Shown here: piece after piece, positions 7,790 through 16,637 of the stretch
How the letters are laid out: each line of letters opens with the position of its first letter
How positions within the stretch are numbered: position 1 is the stretch's first letter
DNA from: an uncultured Muribaculaceae bacterium
GTDB taxonomy: Bacteria; Bacteroidota; Bacteroidia; Bacteroidales; Muribaculaceae
Direction: 5' to 3'
NCBI GenBank assembly: GCA_944320595.1
Contig: CALUIB010000017.1
Coordinates: 296-64,295 of the forward strand
DNA length: 64,000 nucleotides
Made by a program: the position numbers and the translations under genes
The notes under the pieces: model-generated
Told to the model about the DNA's origin: nothing
The model's database searches: none
Seen by the model: only the letters and a program-made list of their open reading frames with translations

Positions 7790-10299
7790 TGCTTGCGGTA
7801 TTTTAAAATTCCCATGGCGGCAGCGGCGACGGCAGCCATGTATATTAGTATTATGGAGATGTAGGCAAGTGTCTCGGTCACTGTTACCGACTGCGGTTCA
7901 AAGCTGAAGTCGATAGTGTGGCTGCCGGCTGGAATGCGCAATGCTCGCAGCACGTAGTTCACACGGCCTATCTCGGCTGGTTTGCCGTCGATTGTAGCCT
8001 CCCAGCCCCACGGGAAATATACCTCGGAGAACACGGCCACGCCGCCATTTCGGGTGCTGGCGTGGTAGGTGAGGCGGTTGGGGGCGTAGGTGGTTTCATA
8101 TATTGTGTCGCCCGGTGCTTTGACCGGAACATCTGTGCCAAGTGCGGCCTGGAACCGGCGGTCGGCCACGGCCTGGGTGGCAGGGTTGAAGTCGTTGAGA
8201 TAATCCATCTCCTGTCGCGGCGTTTCCACATAGTCAACCGTGTCAACGAGCCAAGCGTTGCCCAGTGCCTCGGGGTTGAGCGATACTTCGGTGTCGCTTG
8301 TGATAATATACTTGGTGTTGAGCATATTAAGAACGTCGAAGTTCACGCGGTTGTTGCGGAAGTCCATTTGGTAGGTCATCAAGTCCTGGTAGCGTGTAAG
8401 CTTGGCTGCATGGTAACCGCCCACCGACTTGTGGTAGAACGACGGCATGGCATCTTCAAACAGTGGCACGTCGAGCACACGGTAGTTCATTGCCGTGTCT
8501 TGCAGTATTTGCTCATCGGCCGGACGCTTGGCGAAGTAGAGTTGCTCGTTGGTGGCCGTGGGCTTGGTGAACGACTCGCTGCTAAGGTAACGCTTGTTGA
8601 CCGTGTAGAGGTCCACAAGCACCACTACTCCTATCAGCGCGGCGGCAACTGCCGGCTTTATTTTACCGGCTTGTGCCACGAATATCACCCCTGCGCCGAG
8701 CGCAATGACGATGAAACTGCGGATGGCATCGGCCGAAATCATGGCCGAACGCACCTGCTCGATGGCTGCAAAGAGCGTTGGCAATTGCTGCGCCACCCCC
8801 TGGTCGAGCAACTGTTGCTCCTGCTCGGAGTATAGGTTGAAGATGCCCGGGAACCAATATACTATGAGGCACACTGCGGCGCAGATGCCCAGCGTGGCAA
8901 ATGTGGCTGTGCGCTGCCACGGCTGCAACTGCCTGTCGAATAGCATCTTTTGCAATGCCAGCATGGCCATGAGTGGAATGGTGAACTCGGCCACCACAAG
9001 TATGCTCGATACCGTGCGGAACTTGTTGTATAGAGGAAAGTGGTCGATAAACAGGTCGGTAAGCCACATCATGTTGTGGCCCCACGACAGCATCACTGTT
9101 ATGATTGTGGCAATGAGCACCGCCCACTTCAGCGGCCCCTTGATGATGATGCACCCCACTATGAACAGCGCGAAGATGAGTGCGCCCACATACACGGGCC
9201 CGTTGGTCATGGGCTGGTCGCCGAAGTATTGTGGGAATTGCGACAGGTATTGGTAATCCTGCGCCGATATTTCACCTTCGTTTAGCAGCCGCTTGGCCTG
9301 GTCGGTGTCGGCAAGTGTGAGCATTTGGTTCTTGCCGTCCACGGGTTTCAGCGTGGCACCGCCGTCCACGTTGGGGATAAGCAGCGTGAATGTTTCTGAT
9401 TTCCCGTAGCTCCATGCCGTTATGTAGTCGCGGTCAAGCCCCCACTTGGTGGCATTTGGCGTTGCCGTGGCAAGTTCGGAATGGCCTCCGCGCATGGTTT
9501 CCTTGCTGTATTGGTAGGTGTTGTACAGGTTGGGTGAATTGGCAAGCACCGCAAGCACTGCGGCCACGGCGAGTGTGCCGGTGGCTATTCCCCACTGCTT
9601 TACGCGCTTTACGCGGCAGGCTATTACAAGGTAGCCTATGGCGAGTGCGGCAATCAGGAACAGGAAGTAATATGTCATCTGCGGGTGGTTCGAGGAAACC
9701 TGCATTGCCGCCGCCAGTGCGGCCACTGCGCCGCCTGCCAAGTAGCGTCCGCGGTAGCACCATACGATGCCTGCGATTGTGGGCGGAACGTAGGCCAGTG
9801 TGTAGAACTTCCATATATGCCCGGCACCGATTATTATTATGAAGTAGGTGGAAAAGGCGTATGCGATGGCTCCTATCAAGGCTATGTGCCACCTGACGCG
9901 GCAGGCAAGCATCAAGATGAAAAAGCCCGCCATCATCATGAACAGCAAGTTGGCCGGCGAAGGCAGCCAAAGTCCATACACGTCGTTAATCCACGACAGC
10001 AGTGCGCTGCTGCCGTATGACGGAGCTATTTGGAACATCGGCATTCCCGAGAACAGCGAGTTGGTCCACCATGTTCTTTCGCCGGTCTCGGCGGTGAATG
10101 TTTTTGCTTCCTGCCCGTTGGCTATGCCTTGCGTCACGTCGTGCTGGCTCAGCACGTTGCCCTGCATAGCGTCGGGATAAAAATAGCATAACGAAATTGC
10201 CGCCATCACAATGATTGCGGCCACTATGAACAATGCTTGCGACCTTTTCAGCCAGGCTGCCAAGCCGCCACCATTCCGGGCCTCATTACCTTTCTCCAT
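7777..10299 (-). CDS. YfhO family membrane protein (putative glycosyl-transfer-associated)
   Basis: ORF 7777-10341. I prefer ATG 10299 (MEKGNEARNGG...). ~840 aa with many TM helices in the N-terminal two thirds and a soluble C-terminal domain, typical of YfhO. Confidence 0.85.
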   Translation of the reverse strand: MEKGNEARNGGGLAAWLKRSQALFIVAAIIVMAAISLCYFYPDAMQGNVLSQHDVTQGIANGQEAKTFTAETGERTWWTNSLFSGMPMFQIAPSYGSSALLSWINDVYGLWLPSPANLLFMMMAGFFILMLACRVRWHIALIGAIAYAFSTYFIIIIGAGHIWKFYTLAYVPPTIAGIVWCYRGRYLAGGAVAALAAAMQVSSNHPQMTYYFLFLIAALAIGYLVIACRVKRVKQWGIATGTLAVAAVLAVLANSPNLYNTYQYSKETMRGGHSELATATPNATKWGLDRDYITAWSYGKSETFTLLIPNVDGGATLKPVDGKNQMLTLADTDQAKRLLNEGEISAQDYQYLSQFPQYFGDQPMTNGPVYVGALIFALFIVGCIIIKGPLKWAVLIATIITVMLSWGHNMMWLTDLFIDHFPLYNKFRTVSSILVVAEFTIPLMAMLALQKMLFDRQLQPWQRTATFATLGICAAVCLIVYWFPGIFNLYSEQEQQLLDQGVAQQLPTLFAAIEQVRSAMISADAIRSFIVIALGAGVIFVAQAGKIKPAVAAALIGVVVLVDLYTVNKRYLSSESFTKPTATNEQLYFAKRPADEQILQDTAMNYRVLDVPLFEDAMPSFYHKSVGGYHAAKLTRYQDLMTYQMDFRNNRVNFDVLNMLNTKYIITSDTEVSLNPEALGNAWLVDTVDYVETPRQEMDYLNDFNPATQAVADRRFQAALGTDVPVKAPGDTIYETTYAPNRLTYHASTRNGGVAVFSEVYFPWGWEATIDGKPAEIGRVNYVLRALRIPAGSHTIDFSFEPQSVTVTETLAYISIILIYMAAVAAAAMGILKYRKQWAN

Positions 10300-10347
10300 G
10301 AAACTAATCCTAATAAATATGTGCGGTAAAGTTACAAACAATTAAGT

Positions 10348-10388
10348 AAATGCGCAAACCGCCACCGAGTGTTGCGGCTTGCGCATTT
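10348..10388 (-). terminator. Hairpin downstream of panB
   Basis: AAATGCGCAAACCGC / GCGGCTTGCGCATTT, a 14-15-bp stem 33 nt after the panB stop. Confidence 0.6.
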
Positions 10389-10420
10389 ATTATGTGTATG
10401 GGCTTATGTGGCTGCCTATG

Positions 10421-11242
10421 TTAGTATTGTTCCTTTTCGTTGGGGAAGTCGCCGCTTTTCACGTCGTTGATGTAATTTCCCACGGCCTCGATGATGGTTG
10501 AGCCTATCGATGCGTAGCGGCGCAGGAAACGGGGCGAGAATCCCATATTGATGCCCAGCATATCGTGCATCACAAGCACTTGGCCGTCAACGCCTCCGCC
10601 TGCGCCTATGCCTATTACCGGTATGGTGAGTTCGTCGGCCACTTGTTTTGCGAGCGCGGCCGGGATTTTCTCAAGCACGAGGGCAAAGCAGCCTATCTCT
10701 TGCAGCATACGGGCATCGTTGATGAGCTTTTCGGCTTCGGCTTTCTCTTTTGCACGCACAGCGTATGTTCCGAATTTGTTGATTGACTGTGGAGTAAGCC
10801 CCAGGTGACCCATGACCGGGATACCGGCGCACAGTATTTTTTCGATTGATTCGCGTATCTCGGAGCCGCCTTCAAGTTTCACACAGTCGGCGTGAGTCTC
10901 CTTCATTATGCGCACTGCCGATGCGAAAGCCTCAAGTGGGTTGCCCTGGTAAGTGCCGAAAGGCATATCCACCACCACGAGGGCGCGGTTGACAGCCTTC
11001 ATCACCGACTTGCCGTGGTAAATCATTTGGTCGAGAGTCATAGGCAGTGTGGTCACGTTGCCCGCCATCACGTTAGATGCCGAGTCGCCAACGAGTATTA
11101 CGTCCATTCCGGCCTCGTCGATAAGCTTGGCCATAGAGTAATCGTATGCAGTAAGCATTGAAATCTTCTCGCCGCGTTGTTTCATTTCTATGAGGCGGTG
11201 AGTAGTTACTTTGCGCTTGTCTTCAGCTGTGTAAGTTGACAT
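10421..11242 (-). CDS. panB: 3-methyl-2-oxobutanoate hydroxymethyltransferase
   Basis: 273 aa; [21 protein letters not shown] and KLEGG blocks are typical of PanB. Confidence 0.95.
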   Translation of the reverse strand: MSTYTAEDKRKVTTHRLIEMKQRGEKISMLTAYDYSMAKLIDEAGMDVILVGDSASNVMAGNVTTLPMTLDQMIYHGKSVMKAVNRALVVVDMPFGTYQGNPLEAFASAVRIMKETHADCVKLEGGSEIRESIEKILCAGIPVMGHLGLTPQSINKFGTYAVRAKEKAEAEKLINDARMLQEIGCFALVLEKIPAALAKQVADELTIPVIGIGAGGGVDGQVLVMHDMLGINMGFSPRFLRRYASIGSTIIEAVGNYINDVKSGDFPNEKEQY

Positions 11243-11267
11243 GATTATAAGTGTTTTATGAAAATTG

Positions 11268-11350
11268 CTGCAAAGTTACTGCAAGGCGAGCGCAATAGCA
11301 AAAAAACAGCTTGCTGATTTTTTGCATAGCCGAGCCGCAGCGTAGCTTAT
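11268..11350 (-). repeat. Intergenic hairpin repeat unit, copy 1 of 3 in tandem
   Basis: Its reverse complement aligns with 24890-24966 and 62209-62283. Shared layout: GCCGAGCCGcAGC, then an A/T-run hairpin, then TGCGCTCGCCTTGCAsTAnCTTTGCA. Confidence 0.8.
11271..11278 (-). promoter_or_regulatory. Putative -7 box (TAACTTTG) for panB, contributed by repeat unit 11268-11350
   Basis: Exact TAnnTTTG match, 28 nt upstream of ATG 11242. Confidence 0.5.
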
Positions 11351-11420
11351 TGAAAGTTACAGCAAGGCGAGAGAAGAAAAAACAAATTCATTTGTTTTTT
11401 TCTTCCGAGCCGCCGCGTGT
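11351..11420 (-). repeat. Intergenic hairpin repeat unit, copy 2 of 3
   Basis: GTTACAGCAAGGCGAGAG, then hairpin AAAAAACAAATTCATTTGTTTTTT, then CCGAGCCGCC. Confidence 0.75.
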
Positions 11421-11473
11421 GTTACTGCAAGGCGAGTAAAAAAACACCATTGGGCAAAGTATGGTGTTTCGAG
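11421..11473 (-). repeat. Intergenic hairpin repeat unit, copy 3 (partial)
   Basis: GTTACTGCAAGGCGAG followed by a different hairpin (AAACACCAT...ATGGTGTTT). It lacks the distal GCCGAGCCG block. Confidence 0.6.
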
Positions 11474-11483
11474 TAATAATTGC

Positions 11484-11491
11484 TATTTTTG
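11484..11491 (+). promoter_or_regulatory. Putative -7 box (TATTTTTG) for the DUF1573 gene pair and meaB
   Basis: Exact TAnnTTTG match, 33 nt upstream of ATG 11525. Confidence 0.45.
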
Positions 11492-11524
11492 CAATTGTAC
11501 TAACAATTATTGCACAAATAGAAA

Positions 11525-11929
11525 ATGAGACATTTCGTCATTACCATGCTGGCAATGCTCATGGCCATGCCTGCAATGCTTGCCAAGGGGGGCGACAAAT
11601 ATCCGCAAGCCACGTTCCCCAAGAAGACGCACGACTTCGGCTACATAAAAGAGGCCGACGGGGTGGTGACGTGCGAATTTGAATTTATCAACACTGGCAA
11701 CGAGCCGCTTGTAATCAATTCGGTGCGCCGCACGTGTGGCTGCACCGTGCCAGAATATCCTAAGCGACCCATAAAGCCCGATGGCAAGGGGGTGATAAAA
11801 ATAAGCTTTAATCCGATGGGCTACTTCGGCGGGTTCCTGAAGACGGTGACAGTGCGCACCAACGGGCGCGAGAAAAGCACCACGCTCACCCTTGAAGGGT
11901 CGGTGATACCTGAAGGCGGCGATGAGTAG
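11525..11929 (+). CDS. DUF1573 domain-containing protein
   Basis: 134 aa with a signal peptide. The HDFGYIKE...FEFINTGNEPLVINSVRRTCGCTVPEYPKRPIKPDGKGVIKISFNP pattern is typical of DUF1573. Confidence 0.85.
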   Translation: MRHFVITMLAMLMAMPAMLAKGGDKYPQATFPKKTHDFGYIKEADGVVTCEFEFINTGNEPLVINSVRRTCGCTVPEYPKRPIKPDGKGVIKISFNPMGYFGGFLKTVTVRTNGREKSTTLTLEGSVIPEGGDE

Positions 11930-13013
11930 GGCGGCATTGGCATTGGCACTGTGGTGCTGCGCCACTGTCGCGGCCATGGCTGGAGGCAGGCTTGAATGGG
12001 TGGAGACGCGGCATTCGGTGGGGGAGGTGGCCGAATCGGACGGGCGCGTGGAACACGTGTTCGTGGCCGTGAACACGGGCGACGACGATGTGGTGATTAA
12101 CCGTGTGCGGGCATCATGCGGCTGCTCTACAGCCGATTATCCGCGCCGCCCCATAGCACCCGGCGACACGGCACGGGTGGCTGTCACCTTCAACCCTGCC
12201 GGGTGGGCAGGCGGGTTCACCATGTTCTACACCGTGCTTACAGGCTCGGAGCCGCAGCGCACCACATTGCGGCTTGAGGGAACGGTGAAGGCCGAGGAGC
12301 TTACGGTCAATGAGAAATACCCTGTGGCTGTGGGGTCGCTGAAGTTAAATGCAAGTTCGGTGCCATTTGGAGAAATGACAGTCGGCGAGGTGCAGGAAGC
12401 TTGCATCGAGGCGTATAACGACAGCGACGTGCCAATGCTGTTCTATGCCGAAGATATGCCATGTGGCATCGAGGTGACTCCACGCAAGGCTGTGGTGCCG
12501 CCTCGTGGAACGGTTGCGGTGAAAGTGCGGCTCGATACCGGCAAGGCCCAGTGGCGCGGCTATGCCGAGGGTGATTTCACCATGTTTGCCCAGCCCGAAG
12601 AGCCAGGCCCAGGTGCATTGGCCGGAATAAGGAACATCGATGTGATGGCCACTGTGCATGACGATTTTGCATCGTGGAGCGACGAGCAAAGGCGCAATGC
12701 GCCGTCGTTGGCTTTGAAGTCCGACCGCTTGGTGTTTGCCGACATCGACACGCTCGCCGCAAGCCGCCAGTTGGTGATAAAGAACTGTGGCAAATCTCCG
12801 TTGCAGATATACGGCATACGTCTGGTCGAAAGCTGCGTGACGGTGGATTTCGGTAACGGGATGTCGCTCGATTGCGGCGAGAAGGCGGCAATAAGCGTGG
12901 CGGTGCTGCCCAGTAAAATGGAAGAAAATATTTTAAACACTTATATAATAATCTACTGCAACGATCCGCTGCACTACAAGCAGGTGGTGCGCGTCGTGGG
13001 CAACAAAAAATAA
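11922..13013 (+). CDS. DUF1573 domain-containing protein (multi-domain)
   Basis: 363 aa. The N-terminal domain HSVGEV...NTGDDDVVINRVRASCGCSTADYPRRPIAPGD is DUF1573-like. Overlaps the upstream gene by 8 nt. Confidence 0.8.
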   Translation: MSRAALALALWCCATVAAMAGGRLEWVETRHSVGEVAESDGRVEHVFVAVNTGDDDVVINRVRASCGCSTADYPRRPIAPGDTARVAVTFNPAGWAGGFTMFYTVLTGSEPQRTTLRLEGTVKAEELTVNEKYPVAVGSLKLNASSVPFGEMTVGEVQEACIEAYNDSDVPMLFYAEDMPCGIEVTPRKAVVPPRGTVAVKVRLDTGKAQWRGYAEGDFTMFAQPEEPGPGALAGIRNIDVMATVHDDFASWSDEQRRNAPSLALKSDRLVFADIDTLAASRQLVIKNCGKSPLQIYGIRLVESCVTVDFGNGMSLDCGEKAAISVAVLPSKMEENILNTYIIIYCNDPLHYKQVVRVVGNKK

Positions 13014-13024
13014 ATCAGCACATT

Positions 13025-14125
13025 ATGGAACACCCTGAAAACGACCAGAAATTTGCAGGACTTGCCGTCAACAGCGGCATTGAGCAACCACCGTCGGTCA
13101 ACCCTTACCTAAAGGCGCGCCGTCGCCGCCGCCTGTTGTCGGCCTCGGAATATGTGGAAGGCATATTGCGCGGCGACATCACCATACTGAGCCAGGCCGT
13201 GACGCTCGTCGAGAGCCATAACCCCGAGCACGAGGCCGTGGCGCAGGAAGTCATCGAGAAGTGCCTGCCGCACTCGGGCAATTCCATAAGGGTGGGCATC
13301 ACAGGCGTTCCCGGGGCCGGGAAGAGCACAAGCATCGACGTGTTTGGCCTCCACGTGCTAAAACAGGGGGGCAAGCTCGCCGTGCTCGCCATCGACCCCA
13401 GCAGCGAACGCTCGAAAGGGAGCATACTGGGCGACAAGACGCGCATGGAAAAGCTGTCGGTGCACCCCGACGCATTCATCCGCCCCAGCCCGTCGGCAGG
13501 CTCGCTCGGCGGCGTGGCTCGCAAGACGCGTGAAACCATAGTGCTGTGCGAGGCGGCAGGTTTCGACAAGATATTTGTGGAGACCGTGGGCGTGGGCCAG
13601 AGCGAGACAGCCGTGCACTCGATGGTCGATTTCTTCCTGCTCATTCAGCTTGCGGGCACAGGCGACGAGTTGCAAGGCATAAAGCGCGGCATCATGGAGA
13701 TGGCCGACGGAATAGTAATCAACAAGGCCGACGGCGACAACGTGGATCGTGCCAACCTTGCCGCCACCCAGTTCCGCAATGCCCTGCACTTGTTCCCGCT
13801 GCCGCCAAGTGGCTGGGCGCCGCGAGTGCTGACCTACTCTGGCTACTACGAGATAGGCATCGCCGAGGTGTGGCAAATGATATACGATTACTTCGACTTT
13901 GTGAAAGGCAATGGCTATTTCTACGAAAAACGCCGCCAGCAGGAACTTTACTGGATGTACGAGACCATCAACGAGAAACTGCGTGATAACTTCTATCAGA
14001 ATCCGGCTATCGAGGAAATGCTTGCCGCCAAGCAGCAATTGGTGCTGGGCAACCGCCAAAGCTCTTTTGTGGCCGCCCACGAAGTCCTCGACCGCTACTT
14101 CACCATGCTCAAATATAACAAGTAG
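13025..14125 (+). CDS. meaB: Methylmalonyl-CoA mutase-associated GTPase MeaB (ArgK family)
   Basis: 366 aa with GITGVPGAGKST (P-loop), VETVGVGQSE and NKADGDN (NKxD). Confidence 0.9.
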   Translation: MEHPENDQKFAGLAVNSGIEQPPSVNPYLKARRRRRLLSASEYVEGILRGDITILSQAVTLVESHNPEHEAVAQEVIEKCLPHSGNSIRVGITGVPGAGKSTSIDVFGLHVLKQGGKLAVLAIDPSSERSKGSILGDKTRMEKLSVHPDAFIRPSPSAGSLGGVARKTRETIVLCEAAGFDKIFVETVGVGQSETAVHSMVDFFLLIQLAGTGDELQGIKRGIMEMADGIVINKADGDNVDRANLAATQFRNALHLFPLPPSGWAPRVLTYSGYYEIGIAEVWQMIYDYFDFVKGNGYFYEKRRQQELYWMYETINEKLRDNFYQNPAIEEMLAAKQQLVLGNRQSSFVAAHEVLDRYFTMLKYNK

Positions 14126-14231
14126 ATTGGTATATTATGGGGCAACTTTTTACTGCGAGAGCCTTCAGACCTTATTTAAGAAATGAGATGTAGGTTCTTG
14201 CAGTAATACTATGCCATCTTCTTTTTTATGG

Positions 14232-14253
14232 CATGCAATAATGTTATTGCATG
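14232..14253. promoter_or_regulatory. Perfect 10+10 bp DNA palindrome CATGCAATAA-tg-TTATTGCATG upstream of the methyltransferase gene (possible operator)
   Basis: Read directly. It overlaps two further palindromes, ATGCCAT...ATGGCAT (14211-14234) and GCATGATT...AATCATGC (14249-14269). A 2-nt spacer fits protein binding better than an RNA hairpin. Confidence 0.4.
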
Positions 14254-14293
14254 ATTGATGAAATCATGCTATTTTCGCAATGCAATTAGAATC

Positions 14294-15316
14294 ATGCAAA
14301 TGTATATCGACGAAATCAATAACATTCTTGTTCCCACTATAACCGAGGTACCTGTGGTGCTTGACCTGTTTGCGGGCTGCGGAGGCCTGTCGTTGGGATT
14401 TGAGGCGGCAGGTTTCGAGACCGTGGGTTTTGAGTGCGTGGAAGCTGCCGTTGAAACATATAACCGCAACTTGAAAGGCCGATGTCATGCAACAATGCTT
14501 GAAGTGGGTTCGGAATATCCCTACGCTGATATTGTTATAGGCGGTCCGCCTTGCCAACCATTCAGCGTGAGAGGCAGCCAAAAGGGCATGGCAGATGCTC
14601 GCGACGGTTTTCCGATTTTTATTGATGCCATTAAGCGGCTTAGGCCAAGGGTATTCATGTTTGAAAACGTGCGTAACCTCATGTACTCTCATAAATGGTA
14701 TTTGGACTTAATCCTTGCCGAGCTAAGGGGGCTTGGGTATTTGGTCGAGATGAAGTGCATGAATGCGGTGGATTATGGTGTACCACAAAATAGGGAACGA
14801 TTGATTGTGGTGGGGCATAAATCGCGCTACCAATTCCCGATACGGGAAAATCGCAAGGTAACCGTGGGCGAGGCAATAGGCGACACGATGAATACTGCCC
14901 CCGAAGGCAGTCGTTTCCTTACTGCCGCACAAGACGAGTATATAGCAAAATATGAAAAAGCATCGTGCTGCATAAATCCTCGCGACCTATACCCCGATCG
15001 TCCGGCGCGTACCATAACGTGTCGCAATTTGGCCGGAGCCACCAGCGACATGCAGCGAGTGCGGCTGCCCGATGGGCGTAGGCGGCGCATTACCCATAGG
15101 GAAGCTGCAAGACTGCAAAGTTTTCCCGATTGGTTTGAATTTGTGGGAAATGAGACCCAGCAATTTAATCAAATAGGGAATGCCGTTCCACCACTGATGG
15201 CATATAAGATTGCATTGTCGATAAAGCACACATACTATGCGGAAGAACGTAGTGCTGCTGAAATAGCGTCGTTAAACAAAATGATTGTTGGCAGTCGCTT
15301 ATATAATATTGCATGA
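14294..15316 (+). CDS. DNA (cytosine-5-)-methyltransferase, solitary
   Basis: ORF 14255-15316; start at ATG 14258, 14294 or 14300. Motif I DLFAGCGGLSLGF, motif IV GGPPCQPFS, motif VI FENV, motif VIII QNRERL, motif X IGNAVPPLMA. No endonuclease-like ORF adjacent. Confidence 0.9.
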   Translation: MQMYIDEINNILVPTITEVPVVLDLFAGCGGLSLGFEAAGFETVGFECVEAAVETYNRNLKGRCHATMLEVGSEYPYADIVIGGPPCQPFSVRGSQKGMADARDGFPIFIDAIKRLRPRVFMFENVRNLMYSHKWYLDLILAELRGLGYLVEMKCMNAVDYGVPQNRERLIVVGHKSRYQFPIRENRKVTVGEAIGDTMNTAPEGSRFLTAAQDEYIAKYEKASCCINPRDLYPDRPARTITCRNLAGATSDMQRVRLPDGRRRRITHREAARLQSFPDWFEFVGNETQQFNQIGNAVPPLMAYKIALSIKHTYYAEERSAAEIASLNKMIVGSRLYNIA

Positions 15317-15421
15317 ATGAGCATAAAAAATAATTACCACATCAAAAAATTGGCGAGATTAAGTGATAAGGGAGGATTTTTTGCATAGATAACGCACACA
15401 TTTTATCATACATTTAATCTT

Positions 15422-16375
15422 ATGCAACAAGACACTTTGATAGTGATTACTGGGCCCACGGGGGTGGGGAAGACTGCGACGGCCATTGAGGTGGCTCGTG
15501 GGGTGGGGGCTGAAATCATTTCGGCCGACTCGCGGCAGATTTTCCGTGAAATACCCATAGGCACTGCGGCACCGTCGGCCGAGGAGCTGCGGCAGGTGAG
15601 GCACCATTTCATTGCCATAAAAAACTTGACCGACTACTACAGCGCGGCGCAGTTCGAGCAGGATGCGATGGGGCTGTTGCCCGTACTTTTCGACCGCTCG
15701 CCGCGGCGGTGCGCCGTGATGTGCGGCGGGTCGATGATGTATGTCGATGCGGTGTGCCGTGGCATCGACGAGATGCCTACGATAAGCCCCGACGTGAGGG
15801 CGCGTGTGAAAAGCCTTGCCGAGGAGTGCGGCATAGAGGCCGTAGTGGCCCAGTTGGAATTGCTCGACCCTGAATATTTGAAGATTGCCGACCTGTGCAA
15901 CCACAAGAGGCTGCTGCATGCGCTTGAAATTTGCTATCAGGCCGGTAGGGCATACACCGAATTGCGCACCGGCAGGGCCAAGGAACGCCCGTTCCGCATA
16001 GTGAAGGTGGGGCTTAACTTGCCTCGCGAGGAGCTGTTTTCGCGCATCAACAGTCGTGTTGATGCGATGATTGAGGCTGGATTGGAGCAGGAGGCTCGGT
16101 CGGTTTATCCGTTGAGGCATCTCAATTCATTGAATACCGTTGGATACAAGGAGATGTTTGCTTATTTCGACGGCTCTATGGACTACCGCACTGCCGTGGA
16201 GCGGATAAAGAAGAATACCCGAGTGTATGCCAAAAAGCAAATCTGCTGGTATGCCCGCGACCCGTCGATGACGTGGCTTGAGCCCGCCGCTGATGCCCCG
16301 AGGCGAATAATAGAGCTGGCAGGGGTATACACCAGCAAGCTCGACTTCAAAGAGGTCAAACACATCGAACCGTAA
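15422..16375 (+). CDS. miaA: tRNA dimethylallyltransferase
   Basis: 317 aa with LIVITGPTGVGKTATAIEVA (P-loop), ISADSRQIF and GGSMMY. Confidence 0.95.
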   Translation: MQQDTLIVITGPTGVGKTATAIEVARGVGAEIISADSRQIFREIPIGTAAPSAEELRQVRHHFIAIKNLTDYYSAAQFEQDAMGLLPVLFDRSPRRCAVMCGGSMMYVDAVCRGIDEMPTISPDVRARVKSLAEECGIEAVVAQLELLDPEYLKIADLCNHKRLLHALEICYQAGRAYTELRTGRAKERPFRIVKVGLNLPREELFSRINSRVDAMIEAGLEQEARSVYPLRHLNSLNTVGYKEMFAYFDGSMDYRTAVERIKKNTRVYAKKQICWYARDPSMTWLEPAADAPRRIIELAGVYTSKLDFKEVKHIEP

Positions 16376-16570
16376 TACATTCGACCTCTTTGAGGCCGTT
16401 CTATGTATGATGATTCCGTGTTCCGATGGTTTGGCTTCGCCTCACACATCGGTTACCTCAAGTTGGACGGCTTTGCCGCCCTACCGTATAGGCATTTCGA
16501 TGCCCACCGGGGCAAGAACGCATTTCAGCGCACCCTCTACATGATGCGTTGGCATTTAGCGGACTGCAAT

Positions 16571-16615
16571 AAAAAATCGGAGGAACACCTTGCGAGTGTA
16601 TTCCTCCGATTTTTT
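16571..16615. terminator. Bidirectional rho-independent terminator hairpin
   Basis: AAAAAATCGGAGGAA / TTCCTCCGATTTTTT: a 15-bp stem flanked by A and T runs, between miaA (+) and the GH13 gene (-). Confidence 0.8.
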
Positions 16616-16637
16616 GTTATTTAAGCGTGGCTTTGTA

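Noticed and set aside
15359-16120. A 253-aa minus-strand ORF next to the methyltransferase, considered as a possible cognate restriction endonuclease
   Set aside because: It lies almost entirely antisense to the well-supported miaA gene. Its composition is Arg/His/Pro-rich and it has no nuclease motifs.
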